DNA of 64,000 nt, taken from Antedon mediterranea (Eukaryota > Animalia > Echinodermata). A program made the position numbers and the translations under genes. The stretch spans positions 38,016,304 to 38,080,303 of the forward strand of contig NC_092671.1 in the NCBI RefSeq assembly GCF_964355755.1. Reading direction: 5' to 3'. Below, piece by piece: positions 12,058 to 24,420 of this stretch. The notes beneath the pieces are model-generated. The model was not told the DNA's origin. It searched no databases and saw only the letters and a list, made by a program, of their open reading frames with translations. Within the stretch, counting starts at the first letter, position 1; every line of letters begins with the position of its first letter.

Positions 12058-12420
12058 TATAATAATAATAATATTTATTCGGTCATCAATGTAAAAAATA
12101 ACCAGGAATGAGAATAGGCTAAAGCCCAAACAGATTCTGCACTCACTCCATACAATACAAACAGTTAAGATAAAACCATATACAAGAAAAATACAAATCA
12201 TACTATACATAACATGAAATATAGTGTTTTGTTAAAGCAGCCTTAAATATTGAAATTGTTTGTGAATCTTTTATGTCATTTGGTATTTGCTCCCATAGTC
12301 TAGGAAAGGAAACAAATACAGAATTATGAACAGTATTGCCTTTCGAATTCCAACGAAAAGATAACTGAATTTTTGTGTATGAATATGTGTTGTTTTCTAC
12401 ATTAAAATATAACATAAAGG
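12058..12420 (-). mobile_element. LINE (CR1/L2-like) 3' end fragment
   Basis: SFPRLWEQIPNDIKDSQTISIFKAALTKHY is a typical LINE ORF2 C-terminus; 3' UTR with (TTA)n tail; second copy near 20913-21210. Confidence 0.75.
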
Positions 12421-13182
12421 CTTATATACAAGCAAATTTAAGATATTTAAGCCATTGTACAAACATATGTGGTCATATATGTGGTGATCTTCCAAACAGA
12501 ATTGTATGTGGTACTGAGATTTATAGAATAAGAGTGAAATCTCTACTTAGTGTAAAGTTCTCAAAAACTCTGAAAGCGAGGTGGTCAATTTCGTAGGAGT
12601 CTATTGCTAAAAAATGTTGTCACCTCAGTCCCACACCAACCACCGAGAATTTAAATAATTCTAAACGTAATAATTGTGATTGGTTGGTCAGACAGGTCAG
12701 TCACACTTTATCCAAATTTAAACATTCCAATAATCATGAATACACACTGAACACATCATTTTGCAGTTTTAATAAAGTTATTCACTTTTACAAACAAGCT
12801 TAGCTTATAAAAGACAAAAGAAAAAAAAACCAGTTAAATTTAACCCGAATTTAATTGTCTTTCAATAGGATTACTGTTAAACATAGTTAAATTATTTTTT
12901 TTTTGGGTAATTTTTTTTCCTCGATCAAATTTGTGAATACTGTAATTATTATCATCCATTTTTCAGGTTGACAAATTATCATATGGTACTACTGCACTAT
13001 TTGATATGATAATATCAGGGTATATATACCGTCAGAATCTGAAAGAAACTTTCAGTTTCAGTTAAAAATTTTGTATGACAAACATTATCAAAACCAGGAA
13101 GTAACATTTTTTGCAATTATTAAATCAATTTGAAGTTGTGCTGCAGACACACATTTTGCATATAAGATGACAATTTTTTCAC

Positions 13183-14373
13183 ATGCTGTCAATAACTATG
13201 TCTAAAGCCACCAATGCTGTAGGCCTATGTATTTTTATATTTTTCAATGCAAGTTATATGTCAACACAACAGCAGCAGCAACAGAACATTGATTGTGATT
13301 CACCTAATAATTACTTTTTTGTCGGACAAACACTATCAACTAAATGTTATGTTATTAAGTGTAACAATTGTGTAAAGTATTATCAGTTAAAGAAGAACTT
13401 ATGGTTATTGGATGAAGCACGTATTCATATTTCTAATAAAACGTTTTATGACCATTTTGAAATTAAGATCAAAATAGCCGATTTGAGCATTTCTGACAAT
13501 GGTTTGTACAGCATTCTCATCACCCGTCATGATAATGTTACAGAGGAATCCAGACTATTCAACGTGAGTGTTTTTGCACAACCTGCAGACCCACAGTGCT
13601 CGTCAGACAAAGACTACTGTATTGGTGATTGCTACGTCACTGTACAATGTCGTATATTTTCTTACCCAGATCTTGTACTCAAACGTTTGGGGCAGAAGAT
13701 GAATATTGAAAAAAAGGAGAAATGGTATAATCATACATCAGGAAATTATACTTTATTTGAAAGACAATTTAATGTCACAGATATGGCGCAATTCACATGT
13801 CTTGTAGAAGTGAAATCTGCACCTTATACTTGCACAGTCGATGTATCAATAAAAAGTAGATTGAATGTTTCTTTAACATCGGATGGAAATCTTATTGAAG
13901 GCAACAATGCGGTTTTAAATTGTTCTCTACCAAACAACGATAACGTCACTCAGGTTGGGTACATATGGGAATCATTCCCAGAAATTGACATGATTACCAA
14001 TAGTAACACATTAACAATACTCAATGTATCCATTGGTTTAAACGGAACGGAAGTAAGATGCACCGTAAGACTAGGTAATTATTCAGAGGGTTCCGCAACA
14101 ACGATACTGAATGTTGACGTCATGGATCGTGATCAAGTTCATCCTGATGTCTCAACCATGCAAATAACAACATCCGACATCAGCAGGGAAGATAATACTA
14201 TGCACTCAAAATCTATATTGCTAATTCGGTCAATCACATTTTGTGTCTTTATTACTATCGTGGCAATTTTTTGCACAAAGTACCTTAATTCAAGGAAGAA
14301 AAGACGTTCCATTGACAATAAACCTACAAGCAATAACACAACCTCTGATGTAGAACTGAATGTAGGCCTATAG
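13183..14373 (+). CDS. Family A copy A3 (A1-like ectodomain, A5-like 3' end)
   Basis: 396-aa ORF nearly identical to A1 through the ectodomain; ends FCTKY...VELNVGL as in A5. Confidence 0.9.
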   Translation: MLSITMSKATNAVGLCIFIFFNASYMSTQQQQQQNIDCDSPNNYFFVGQTLSTKCYVIKCNNCVKYYQLKKNLWLLDEARIHISNKTFYDHFEIKIKIADLSISDNGLYSILITRHDNVTEESRLFNVSVFAQPADPQCSSDKDYCIGDCYVTVQCRIFSYPDLVLKRLGQKMNIEKKEKWYNHTSGNYTLFERQFNVTDMAQFTCLVEVKSAPYTCTVDVSIKSRLNVSLTSDGNLIEGNNAVLNCSLPNNDNVTQVGYIWESFPEIDMITNSNTLTILNVSIGLNGTEVRCTVRLGNYSEGSATTILNVDVMDRDQVHPDVSTMQITTSDISREDNTMHSKSILLIRSITFCVFITIVAIFCTKYLNSRKKRRSIDNKPTSNNTTSDVELNVGL

Positions 14374-14496
14374 ATTATAGAGAACTGGTTGTGTAAGCAT
14401 CATTCAAAAAGATTGAATGAACTGTGCTGACCTTTGCTTCACATGAAGTGAATTCACCAAAATGTGTTTTAGTTTACAATCATAGACTATGTATAA

Positions 14497-14570
14497 CCCC
14501 AGTGGTTTAAATGGTTGGGACATTTGCATATCATGCAGAAAGTTCCGAGTTTGAATCTCGATTGGACCAG
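14497..14570 (+). repeat. Degenerate tRNA-derived (SINE-head-like) remnant in the A-gene 3' flank
   Basis: A-box-like tggtttaaatgg and B-box-like gtttgaatc; related copies at about 26297-26362, 29563-29615 and 38871-38940. Confidence 0.45.
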
Positions 14571-15289
14571 CTTTTTTTCATTTTCAGAGCTATATATCTC
14601 GGTATTTTATTCACTTGAAAAGACATACAGTGAAACAATAAAATATGAAAGCAGAAATGACGCATTTTTCAGTCATAAGCTTGTAAATTACGATCAAATT
14701 GAATAACTATTATCACTCAAATGGAATTTAACAAGAAATGTTTTAAAAATTGTTTTCAGCGAAACAATATTCTTAAATGAATCTGAAAAGTTAAATACCA
14801 CAGTGTTTTAGGGAAAAATGTATTATTTGCGGCATAGTAGATATGTTATGTATGCTGTGTAAATGTAAATATTACCATCATTGTCCTGCTGGTCAATCTT
14901 CAAATATACCGCACATGAGCACATCTTTCAAATCATTCACATCAAGATGCCTGCAAAAAAACATGCTTAATATTGTCAATAAAAAATAATTCAAGTCAAA
15001 ACCAATAATCAAATTCCAGTATGAACCATTAAGCTCAAGCAATCATTTTAACCCTAATCTCTCATGCATACAAAGACCCATGTCCTCCCTTTCTACGCTA
15101 AAATTAGAACTTGGTACAATACAATATTGAACATTAAAGGTCAGCAATATATCAATAAACATGATTCATAGTATGACATGCAAAGTAAATATAACATGCA
15201 ATTTATAACTATTTATTTGCCATACAATAAATAACCTAACAACGTAGCATTGTTGTATCTCTGTATTGTGAAAGCAATAAGGTATTACG

Positions 15290-15369
15290 GGCCACCTAAT
15301 TTATTTAGCAACAAGTCTGCTGTGTCAGCCATGATGATCGTATGAAAATGACGATGAAAATGGTAAGTA
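15290..15369 (+). other. Orphan family-B exon-1 module (no plus-strand B exon 2 follows; CRE/ETS part deleted)
   Basis: gtcagccATGATGATCGTATGAAAATGACGATGAAAATG|gtaagt; the same copy at about 39650-39730. Confidence 0.55.
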
Positions 15370-17064
15370 AAAGTTCTATTAATACTGCTCAATTGAACAT
15401 TTTATGTATAATTATTAGTACCTTTGAAAACTGAATCAACCACTGTAATCCAGTCTATCTTTAGAATATGATGGGTGACAAACATTGTTTGCATAAAATT
15501 CTAAGGTGTGGCAATGACAATTGTTTCCTTCTTGGATTTCCATTTTCCTAGTTTGATAGGCACCTGAATTGATAGAAAACAAATAAAAACAGTTCAACTA
15601 GATTTTGAATACAGGTGTTTGATAATAAACATATTATTCATAAGAATTCAAATATGTATAACCAAAATTTTAGAAGAATTACTACCTACAATTTTTATTT
15701 TTTATTTATTTTGCAAAGGCAACATGCGAAAACAATTTTATAAAACAACAAACCTGCAGCTACTTCCATCCATATTTGAAATAATTTTGTGTTTAAAAAA
15801 TAGAAGCTTTGAGCCTGTATCTGAAAAAAAATAAATAAAATTTAAGTATTTAACTTGATTTTTTCTTTCAAATAACAATATAAATTCTGATACCCATACA
15901 ACAAGCTTACAGCAATGTTATAAAAACACCTCAGTTCATCTATTTTTTTGTCTTTTTGTTAGCACGCTTTAATACAACGTAAAAACTGATTTATTTGACC
16001 ACATTTTTAAGGTACGCAAGCAATAGTTACTTGCGATTTCCTAAAATCCTGCTTTTAGTTTTGGTCATCATCATTACACCCTATTTAGTCTCATACAGTT
16101 ATCATCATACTGTACAAGCCATTCCATTTTTTTAAATGGCCAAAATTAAGCACATTTCATGTAATTTTAGGCATACATTTTTGCGGATATACTATAATAC
16201 AATATAATAACAGTCCTATCATGCAGAAGAAAATAGGCTGGGTATGCCTACTATACTACTGTCAAACAGATCAAAATGAATATTTATAAATACTTACTAC
16301 AGTGATATTACAAGTGGCCCAACACTGCTAACCTTTAAACTTTGTCAATTTCAATGCAAAATATTGGAAATTAGGTTAAGTTGAGCACTTCATCCAACAA
16401 TTTTTAACCCATTAACCAACAACCCCACTTCCATCGTCCAGACCCCCCCCCCCCCCCCACAATGAGTAAAAACCAAATAAATGGATCGCACTGCTTAATT
16501 TACATAATAGCATCATTCATAAACAAAGGCAAAATGGTTTTAGCAAAGATTTTTAAAAAAATAACCACACTATAAGCCATTATTAATGTCATATTTTTTA
16601 TATCAAATAGATGTTTTATAGAAAAAATGTTTATTCTTTTATTTAACAATTATTCTATATCATAAAAAAATATTCACTATATATTTAAAATAGCCACACA
16701 CATTGCAAGATAAATATTAAGAAAATCTTCAAATTTCCATAGTCTTTTGTAACAATATCACCATATTTAGTTGATGGTTTCCATGCGACTCTGTTGTCAA
16801 CATTCTTGTTTTTTCTGTATTTAATACAGAAATTATTCTTATGAAACCTAACTTACTAAGTTAGGTCACATGCTTCCTCATTCCAGGCAATGACCAATGT
16901 CACATCAATGTGTAGATAGATCTACAGTAAGTCATCATAAATTGAAAGCTTTTAATTAAACAATTAAATTTAATATTATAAGAACAAATTATAAGAACAA
17001 TTATTATTTACAAATTTAGTTTAGGAATAGTTATGAATGTTTTTGTACATTTACTAATTCCAGT

Positions 17065-17442
17065 CTGTACTCACACAAATTTCAATTTCAGGATTTCGGA
17101 TTTTCTTTCAATTAAAGTTATTAAAATGAAACAAACTACAACAAAGTTGTTAATAATTTAAAACTTCTCCTGAATCACAGTTTCTACTTCTTCCAGTGGT
17201 ACTGTATAGATGGGTGAGATTGTTGATGGCTTTCTTGTTGTTTCTCTTGCTGTCATGAGTTCACCTTCCACTGTAAGAAAGACAGTCTTCAACAATATAT
17301 GCCTGTACTGATAGGATGGTCAGAAATTGGCATTGATATTGTTTATTTGGTTATCATAGTATATAGTTATTGTTCGTATCATCGTTTTCAAAAGTCCATG
17401 TAAACTAATAGCAGATTTACTGTAGTTACCATTGCAGGTGAT
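17065..17442 (-). pseudogene. Degenerate 3' fragment of a family B gene (B4-like third Ig, stalk and TM)
   Basis: Minus strand reads TCNGNY.., FTWTFE.., LTVEGELMTARETTRKPSTISPIYTVPLEEVETVIQE, FVVVCFILITLI, with stops and indels. Confidence 0.8.
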
Positions 17443-17469
17443 TTGAGAAATCTTCTTTGTTCACAACAA

Positions 17470-18846
17470 TCAATGGATCTGTGTAAAAATATCATCTATA
17501 TTTATTGAATCCAATTCATTTGATGTAAAAGAATTTATACTTTTTGTTACTAAGGAAGAAAAAGAATGAAAACTACATATAGGTCGTGTTACCAGGCAAA
17601 GGAGCCATGTGCCACAGTACACAGTATATATATTGCCTGTGACTGTACGCAACACAGAATACACTTGTAGTAATAAATACATACGTTGAAAATCCAAATC
17701 TACCTTTTCTTTGATGAACAATCCAAGGACACATAAGAAGAGTATTAAAATTGAAATAAAAAAATCAACTGCAATATATTGTTTAATAATTTCAAAAAAC
17801 TCTTGCATCACAGTTTCTACTTCTTTCAGTGGCACTGTATAGATGGGTGAGATTGTTGATGGCTTTCTTGCTGTTTCAGTTGTTGTCATGGGTTCATCCT
17901 CCACTGTAAGAATGATTGTATCTGAGCCAGTAAAGTCTTCATCCTCAACAGTACATGTGAGCAAAGCTCCATGCTTCTCTGGCTGTATAGATGGGATAGT
18001 TAACTTATTAATGTTGACTTGGTTAGTATAGTTGATATTGTCTATATAATTACTTTCCAAAGTCCATTTAAACTTAGCAGTGTCAGTGTAGTTACCTTTG
18101 CAGGTAAAGTTTGCGGTCTGATTTGATTTATAGTGAATGTCTCCATAGATGACTACATTTAGTTTGTTTACAACAATTAGTGGATCTGTAGAACAATATC
18201 GTCTGCCATTTAAAATTTCAATATACAATTTACAACTATAGATTGTATTATTTATACTTGGTTTTGCAGGGAATACTAGGGTTATCCACATGTGAGTGCT
18301 ATTTTCATGTGATGAGCCTAGTTCAGTCATTTCAGTGAATTCCATAGACAACTCTGTAGACGTTTTCTCTGAAATGCAAGATATTTGTGTGACATCACTG
18401 ATTTTATAAGAAGATTTACTGAAATAGCACATTGGATACTCTTTTGATGGTACTTTGAGGACCTTCAGGTAAGCTTTTCTTGAGGATATTATGCCTGTTG
18501 AAGTATCAAACACACATCTATAGTCTGTAGCATCTGATCTTTCAACTGGATCAATTGTTAAGCTATACTCATGGATTCTATCTGTTATGCTTTTATTCAC
18601 AAAAGAATATCGTGAATTTTCTGAGCTTTGATTTATTTTCTCATTATGTTTTATCCAAAATACTTGATCTGTTGTTTCATGATTTTTTAGCAGAAAACAT
18701 TCAAATCTTGCCTGCCTTGTTTAAAAAATGGTGATATCTTCAGGATAATTATTATCAAATGAAGTTTCCTGAGAAACTGAAGTTGAAATGATGATAAACA
18801 GAAGAGAAAGACACCAAAGCCTAGAGTTGTTAGTTGAACCAGATGC
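17470..18846 (-). pseudogene. Family B copy B2, main exon, with an in-frame nonsense codon
   Basis: Acceptor ttttcag|GCA at 18847/18846; reads ASGSTNNSRLWCLSLLFIIISTSVSQETSFDNNYPEDITIF*TRQARFEC; TAA at 18723-18721; rest open to 17470. Confidence 0.85.
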
Positions 18847-19631
18847 CTGAAAAGAATGCAAGGAGAAGAAAACCATCAAATTAATAAATAGCGACTTATC
18901 AATAATTAGGCCTCCAGATGTTTAACTATGTATTAATATTACAGGATAGTAGAGTGTTTATTGCTATATTTTTTAGCCCAACATTTACATGGTCTAATTT
19001 ATCAAACTATTGTTGTATAAACTATAGGGCCTATATTAATATTATAGTGTACAGTAGTACCTTGATTGGTATAATTATAACAAAGTACAAACCTCTATAA
19101 AAAAATAATAATGGAATAGTCCAATTTCATTCATTCATTAATGGCAATTGCCATATTTTTTAGCCCAACATTTACATGGTCTAATTTATCAAACTATTGT
19201 ATATATTAATATTATAGTGTAGTACCTTGATTGGTATATAACAAAGTACAAACCTCAATAAAAAAAAATGGAATAGTCCATTTCTTTAATTCACTAATTA
19301 TGGCAATAGGGAATTATAGTATGCATTGATGGTTCCTAGCAACCATTGATTTGTTTTTCTGTCATAATTTAGGTACCTGTCAAACTAGTACAAAAGATAG
19401 CGTGTGAACAATTCCAGTGTCATTGTATAACAGCGATAGCCACACCTACATTTTATCTGAACAATGCTCGATCCTAGGGTCACACGGACCAATCATATTC
19501 CAATGATTGACTGATTATCAATGAATAATTCAGTTTTCAAAGGTACTATTTTTGTATATTTATGTTTACATTACAATAAATGTACAATAAAATGTTCAAT
19601 TGAGCTGGATTAATAATAGAATTTGACTTAC

Positions 19632-19661
19632 CATTTTGCATTGACATTTTATAATTATCAT
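19632..19661 (-). CDS. Predicted micro-exon 1 of B2 (MIIIKCQCKM)
   Basis: gccATG, 10 codons, GTAAGT donor; phase 0 matches the B2 acceptor; homologous to 6348-6377. Confidence 0.55.
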
Positions 19662-20392
19662 GGCTGACTAACACGACAAAATTTCTACACGTTGCTCATC
19701 CGGGTAACTAAAATTGTCGACGTCACCAAATAAAGTTGGTGGCGTACCTGTACGACTTTATTGATTTTACAATACAGAGGTACAACAATGCTTGTCAGAT
19801 TATTGTATGCCAACTTGTTATAAATTGCATGTTTTATTTACTCTATCTCTATTATTGCTGGTTTTTTTTCTTATCACGTTTATTTCAGTATACAGTATTT
19901 ATTTTATTTGATAAATAGCAAACCCAATTGTTAAACTTGTACTTTGTAAACATTACTACTAAATTTAATACCGTATTACTCGCCTTTAATTTTCAATATC
20001 AACTTATAAAGTAGTGTTGTAATACAGGCAAATTATTGAAAACCAAATTTGAAGAAAAAAAACAATTAATGTTAGTCTAAAAAATGAGGATGGGGGATGA
20101 GGAACGTTACGTACTTGTTTGTACTGGAATAGGATGATTTTCTTATTTTAAGACAATATTAAGCATATGTTTTTAGGTGTTTTGTAGGCATCTTCAGTGA
20201 ATTTTTGGGGGTTTTTTTTGTAGGCATCTTCATTTTCAGTGAATGATTTAGAATTACAGTATTATTATTTTTGATAAATTAAATTTTAAAGAAATGTAAT
20301 AATAACAAAAACAAACATTCTTTATTAGTAGATAAATTTATTTTAAGTTCCTTTTATCATATACAAATATATATGTACAACCGTATTGAGCA

Positions 20393-20575
20393 GGCAGTTG
20401 ATGAAAGGCTAGACGTGTTGCCCGAAAGCTCTGCTAACTTTTCTGGCTGTTTACTTTATCGTTTTGATTTAGCTTTTCGCGCTTTTTTTTGTATCTCCAT
20501 TGAGATCCAGCCACTGATACTACCCACAGCATTGTCATTTTTTTCAGTAATTTGCCTTTGGATTTATATTTATGG
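20393..20575 (+). mobile_element. Penelope-like terminal repeat fragment with a degenerate hammerhead
   Basis: Near-identical to 28890-29060; core reads tTGATGA...GAAAGCTC. Confidence 0.6.
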
Positions 20576-20912
20576 TACTGATATATTCTTACACTCTTAA
20601 ATCGACCCTTTTATTTTTTGATACAATTGGTTACTATGACCAGCCTCGTAGCCAGGGGGGGGGGGGGTTATGGTTCGGGCGAAACCCCCCCCCCCCTTTA
20701 CAGCGACCCCCCCCCCCCCACCTTAACCGACTGCGAACCCCCATCCCCGACATGCCCAATACCTCACCCTCATCTTCAAAAATCCTCCAAATACGTGCCC
20801 CACAGTACAAAAAGTTGTTTGTAAATTGAAAAATTCGTAAACTTGTTCGTGAACCTTCTTCTCTGTATGAGCGTCAACTAGCGATACGTTTTGTAAATTT
20901 CTAAAAGCTGCA

Positions 20913-21210
20913 AATAATAATAATAATAATAATATTTATTCGGTCATCAATGTAAAAATGAATGAGAATAGGCTAAAGCCCAAACAGATTCTGCACTCAC
21001 TCCATACAATACAATCAGTTAAAGATAAAACCATATACAAGAAAAATACAAATAAATTATACATAACATGAAATATAGTGTTTTGTTAGAGCAGCCTTAA
21101 ATATTGAAATTGTTTGTGAATCTTTTATGTCATTTGGTATTTGCTCCCATAGTCTAGGAAAGGAAACAAATACAGAATTATGAAAAGTATTGCCTTTCGA
21201 ATTCCAACGT
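20913..21210 (-). mobile_element. LINE 3' end fragment, same family as 12058-12420
   Basis: Near-identical sequence and (TTA)n tail. Confidence 0.75.
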
Positions 21211-21617
21211 AAAAGCCTACCCGGACATCTTTCACTAGTTTTAATGAATTGCCGATTTTAACCTGAAAAATAAATGTTTGGTCCCTGCATGTAACATGAT
21301 ATTGATGCGTCTCATAGCGAGCTGGGGCACGAACGATTCGTACAAAGGACACCGCCAGACAACTGCGTACCTATAATTGTTTAGATCACTGGCAGTCAGT
21401 ATTTATGTGTGACTATGAAGTATAATGTATCATAGAGGATTATAGTGAATATTAATATTTTACACTATAATATCTATGGTATCAAGTATTGTAGTTCACA
21501 TTATGGCATCCGATTATTTTTTTCTAGACCACCAGCCGATACGTACTAAAATGTATCAATATCCCCTATTTACATATTTATATTCCTCAACAAATTGCTG
21601 TAAATAAATATTATAGA

Positions 21618-22534
21618 TAGAACGGATTACGTTCGAAAAACATATACTTAAAATGGCATTAATGGGCTTTCGTAACATATACAACAAGTGCCATTTAAAG
21701 TATATGTTGTAATTCGTTTGAACGGATTACTAATCCGTTCAAACGAATTACTAATTTGTTCAAACGGATTACTAATCCGTTCAAACGGATTACTAATCCG
21801 TTCAAACGAATTACTAATTTGTTTATTTAAACGGATTACTAATTCGTTCAAACGAATACGAATTAGTAATCCGTTTAAACGAATTAATAATTTGTTTAAA
21901 CAAATTAATAATTTGTTTAAACGGATTACTAATCTGTTAGAACGAATTAGTAATTCGTTCAAACGAATTATTAATCTGTTTAAACAAATTAGTAATTCGT
22001 TTGAACGGATTTGTAATCCGTTCAAACGAATTACAACATATACTTTAAATGGCACTTGTTGTATATGTTGCAATTGGTTTGAACGGATTACTAATTCGTT
22101 TGAACAGATTACTAATCCGTTCAAACGAATTAGTAATCCGTTTAAACAAATTATTAATTTGTTTAAACAAATTACTAATTTGTTTAAACGGATTACTAAT
22201 TCGTTCAAACGGATTAGTAATCCGTTTAAACAAATTATTAATTTATTTAAACAAATTACTAATTTGTTTAAACGGATTACTAATTCGTTCAAACGAATTA
22301 CTAATTCGTTTGAACAAATTAGTAATCCGTTTAAACAAATTATTAATTCGTTTAAACAAATTAGTAATCCGTTTAAACAAATTAGTAATTCGTTTGAACG
22401 GATTACTAATTCGTTTGAACGGATTACTAATTCGTTTGAACAGATTATTAATCAGTTCAAACGAATTACTAATTCGTTAGAACGGATTACGTTCGAAAAA
22501 CATATACTTAAAATGGCATTAATGGGCTTTCGTA
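21618..22534. mobile_element. Truncated foldback/MITE element built from quasi-palindromic 21-bp units
   Basis: Unit ttactaatccgttcaaacgaa; terminus ggcattaatgggctttcgta present twice in direct orientation; same family as 58049-59916. Confidence 0.85.
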
Positions 22535-23159
22535 GATGCTGAATTTCATTGCAAATAATGCATTTTTTGCTAGGCAAAGTTATTATCTATTGACGAATCA
22601 ACAATTTCAATGGAGTTTCCTTTATTAAACCATTTTTCAATACTTGTTAGTTTGTCCCCAATTTTAAAAACCATAATTTTTGTTTTTTCTACATTTACAG
22701 TTAATCCCCAGTCATCACAATATTTACCCAAGATGGTAATCAGTCTCTGTAAGGAATTAAGAGAAGATGATTGTATTGCTTGAGCTTAATAGTTTATACT
22801 TGAATAGGATGATTTCTTTTATTTTGAAGACAATATTAAGCATGTTTTTGTAGGCATCTTCAGTGAATGATTTGGAAGATGTAAAATTAAATTACTATTT
22901 TTGTTATAAAATTAAATTTTAAAGAAATGTTCTGAGATTGTTGCAAGACAACGGGACACAACACCAAAAAGTGGGACAATATCCTCGGAATCGGAACAGT
23001 TGAAATGTGCTCGTAAATCGAATAAAACGATTTAAAATTGTTCAGATAGGGCTTCCAGAGGCTTTTTTCCCATGGACCTCCACAAGGGGTCCTTGATCGG
23101 CCCCTGGCCACCAGCCGAACATTCCTTGCTTTGCTCGCAAAGTAAATCGATCTTTTATT

Positions 23160-23442
23160 TATTTTATTTTTTTTTAAATTTTATTCAATACAGCGGTGCA
23201 GCACCCTGAGGATTGCCATGAGTGCAAAGCACTATCGAGATGGCTCTCCATATACTGCACTAGAACATATAAGACAAACATATACACAAGATGCTCTACA
23301 TAAACAAAGACTTATTATTAAGTCTTTGGGAGTGGAGTTGTAAATTGTCATGAGAAAAAAACCCTGACATGTGACAGGACTTGAACCCAGGACCCTTAGA
23401 TTGGTAGCCAAGCATCATAACCACCAAGCCACAGCTCCACTC
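23160..23442 (-). mobile_element. tRNA-derived SINE
   Basis: Minus strand: tggcttggtgg (A box) ... ggttcaagtcc (B box), ~200-bp body, AATAAA and an A-rich tail. Confidence 0.75.
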
Positions 23443-24208
23443 ATTTGTCCCCCTTACCTTTCGAAACGGATTTACGTTGTTGACCTACCAGGAACAACCT
23501 CCTTAATGTGATTTTTTTAAACTTAATTGCATATAGAAAAAACTGAAAGCCATAAATTAATTCACAACATTAAAACAAGCAATGTTTTATGAATAGGCCT
23601 ACATAGGGCGGCCTATTACCAAGATGACAAATATAAATTGTAATTTTTTAAAGATTCATCCAATGATTCTATACAATATCAACATTTTAATCTATATAAT
23701 AATTGTTTATTGATCAGATATCGAGATATCGTCGAAATGCTGAATTCTCAATATAGGGTTATCTCCTGCATAAAGTGACTGTACAATAAAAAGGGGACAT
23801 TTCTTATCGTAACTTCGCACCAATGTTTTCTTTCAATATTGGTTTGTTTTAAAAAATGGGTGTCTATTAAGCCTACCCTATTTTTTATCTATGGAAAAAA
23901 TGGAAGACCAGGCCTACAAATTAAACTTTATGCTGTACACACAGTATTATATTTTACAATAGGCACATTATTATACAGTACTGTATTTGAATAAATGCTT
24001 GGAGGTTGTATATTCGAGGGAGGCGTTTATTATTTGGGTGTAATATGGTAACATGTAGGCCTAATCAAATACATTCTCCCTAAATGTATCAGGGCGTTTA
24101 TTTGAGGAAAAAATAAAGGCCCTGATGGTATTCTGTTCAAGTCAAATCTGGAATAAACTGAATTGAATTTGATATTTAAAAACAATCTCTCATTTCATAT
24201 CCGAACCA

Positions 24209-24219
24209 GGAAGTGAAAC
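24209..24219 (+). promoter_or_regulatory. ETS-IRF composite element-like motif (GGAAGTGAAAC) upstream of A4
   Basis: Matches GGAAnnGAAA, 212 bp before the ATG; positional homologues upstream of other A copies. Confidence 0.45.
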
Positions 24220-24420
24220 TAACACTATTATTTCATTCAGTGAAATGATCAATATTGTACGATGTAGGATAGCAGGAGGCGCATACTTTTCTTGAATAAA
24301 CTCAAATTCATTATTAATGCTGAAAATATTATAAAGTTTCGTTGCGACCTTGACTTCAGATGAAACTTTAGCAATTGATAATGTTATTGTAAACACCAAG
24401 ACAGTACGTGTTAAAGAACT

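Noticed and set aside
14497-14570. Possible tRNA genes (also 23370-23442, 26297-26362, 32455-32530)
   Set aside because: A/B boxes only, no consistent cloverleaf; better explained as SINE heads
17470-17720. ITIM-like tyrosines in the long B2 tail (VYSVL, IYTV)
   Set aside because: The -2 residue does not fit the ITIM consensus, the tail is absent from paralogues, and B2 has an upstream stop
20640-20830. Proline-rich ORFs at G/C runs
   Set aside because: Homopolymer-rich repeat end, probably a MITE terminus; the partner end could not be established
21648-22542. LRR-like ORFs (LLIRLNE/FKRITN), also at 58-59.8 kb
   Set aside because: Products of 21-bp quasi-palindromic repeats inside TIR elements, open on both strands
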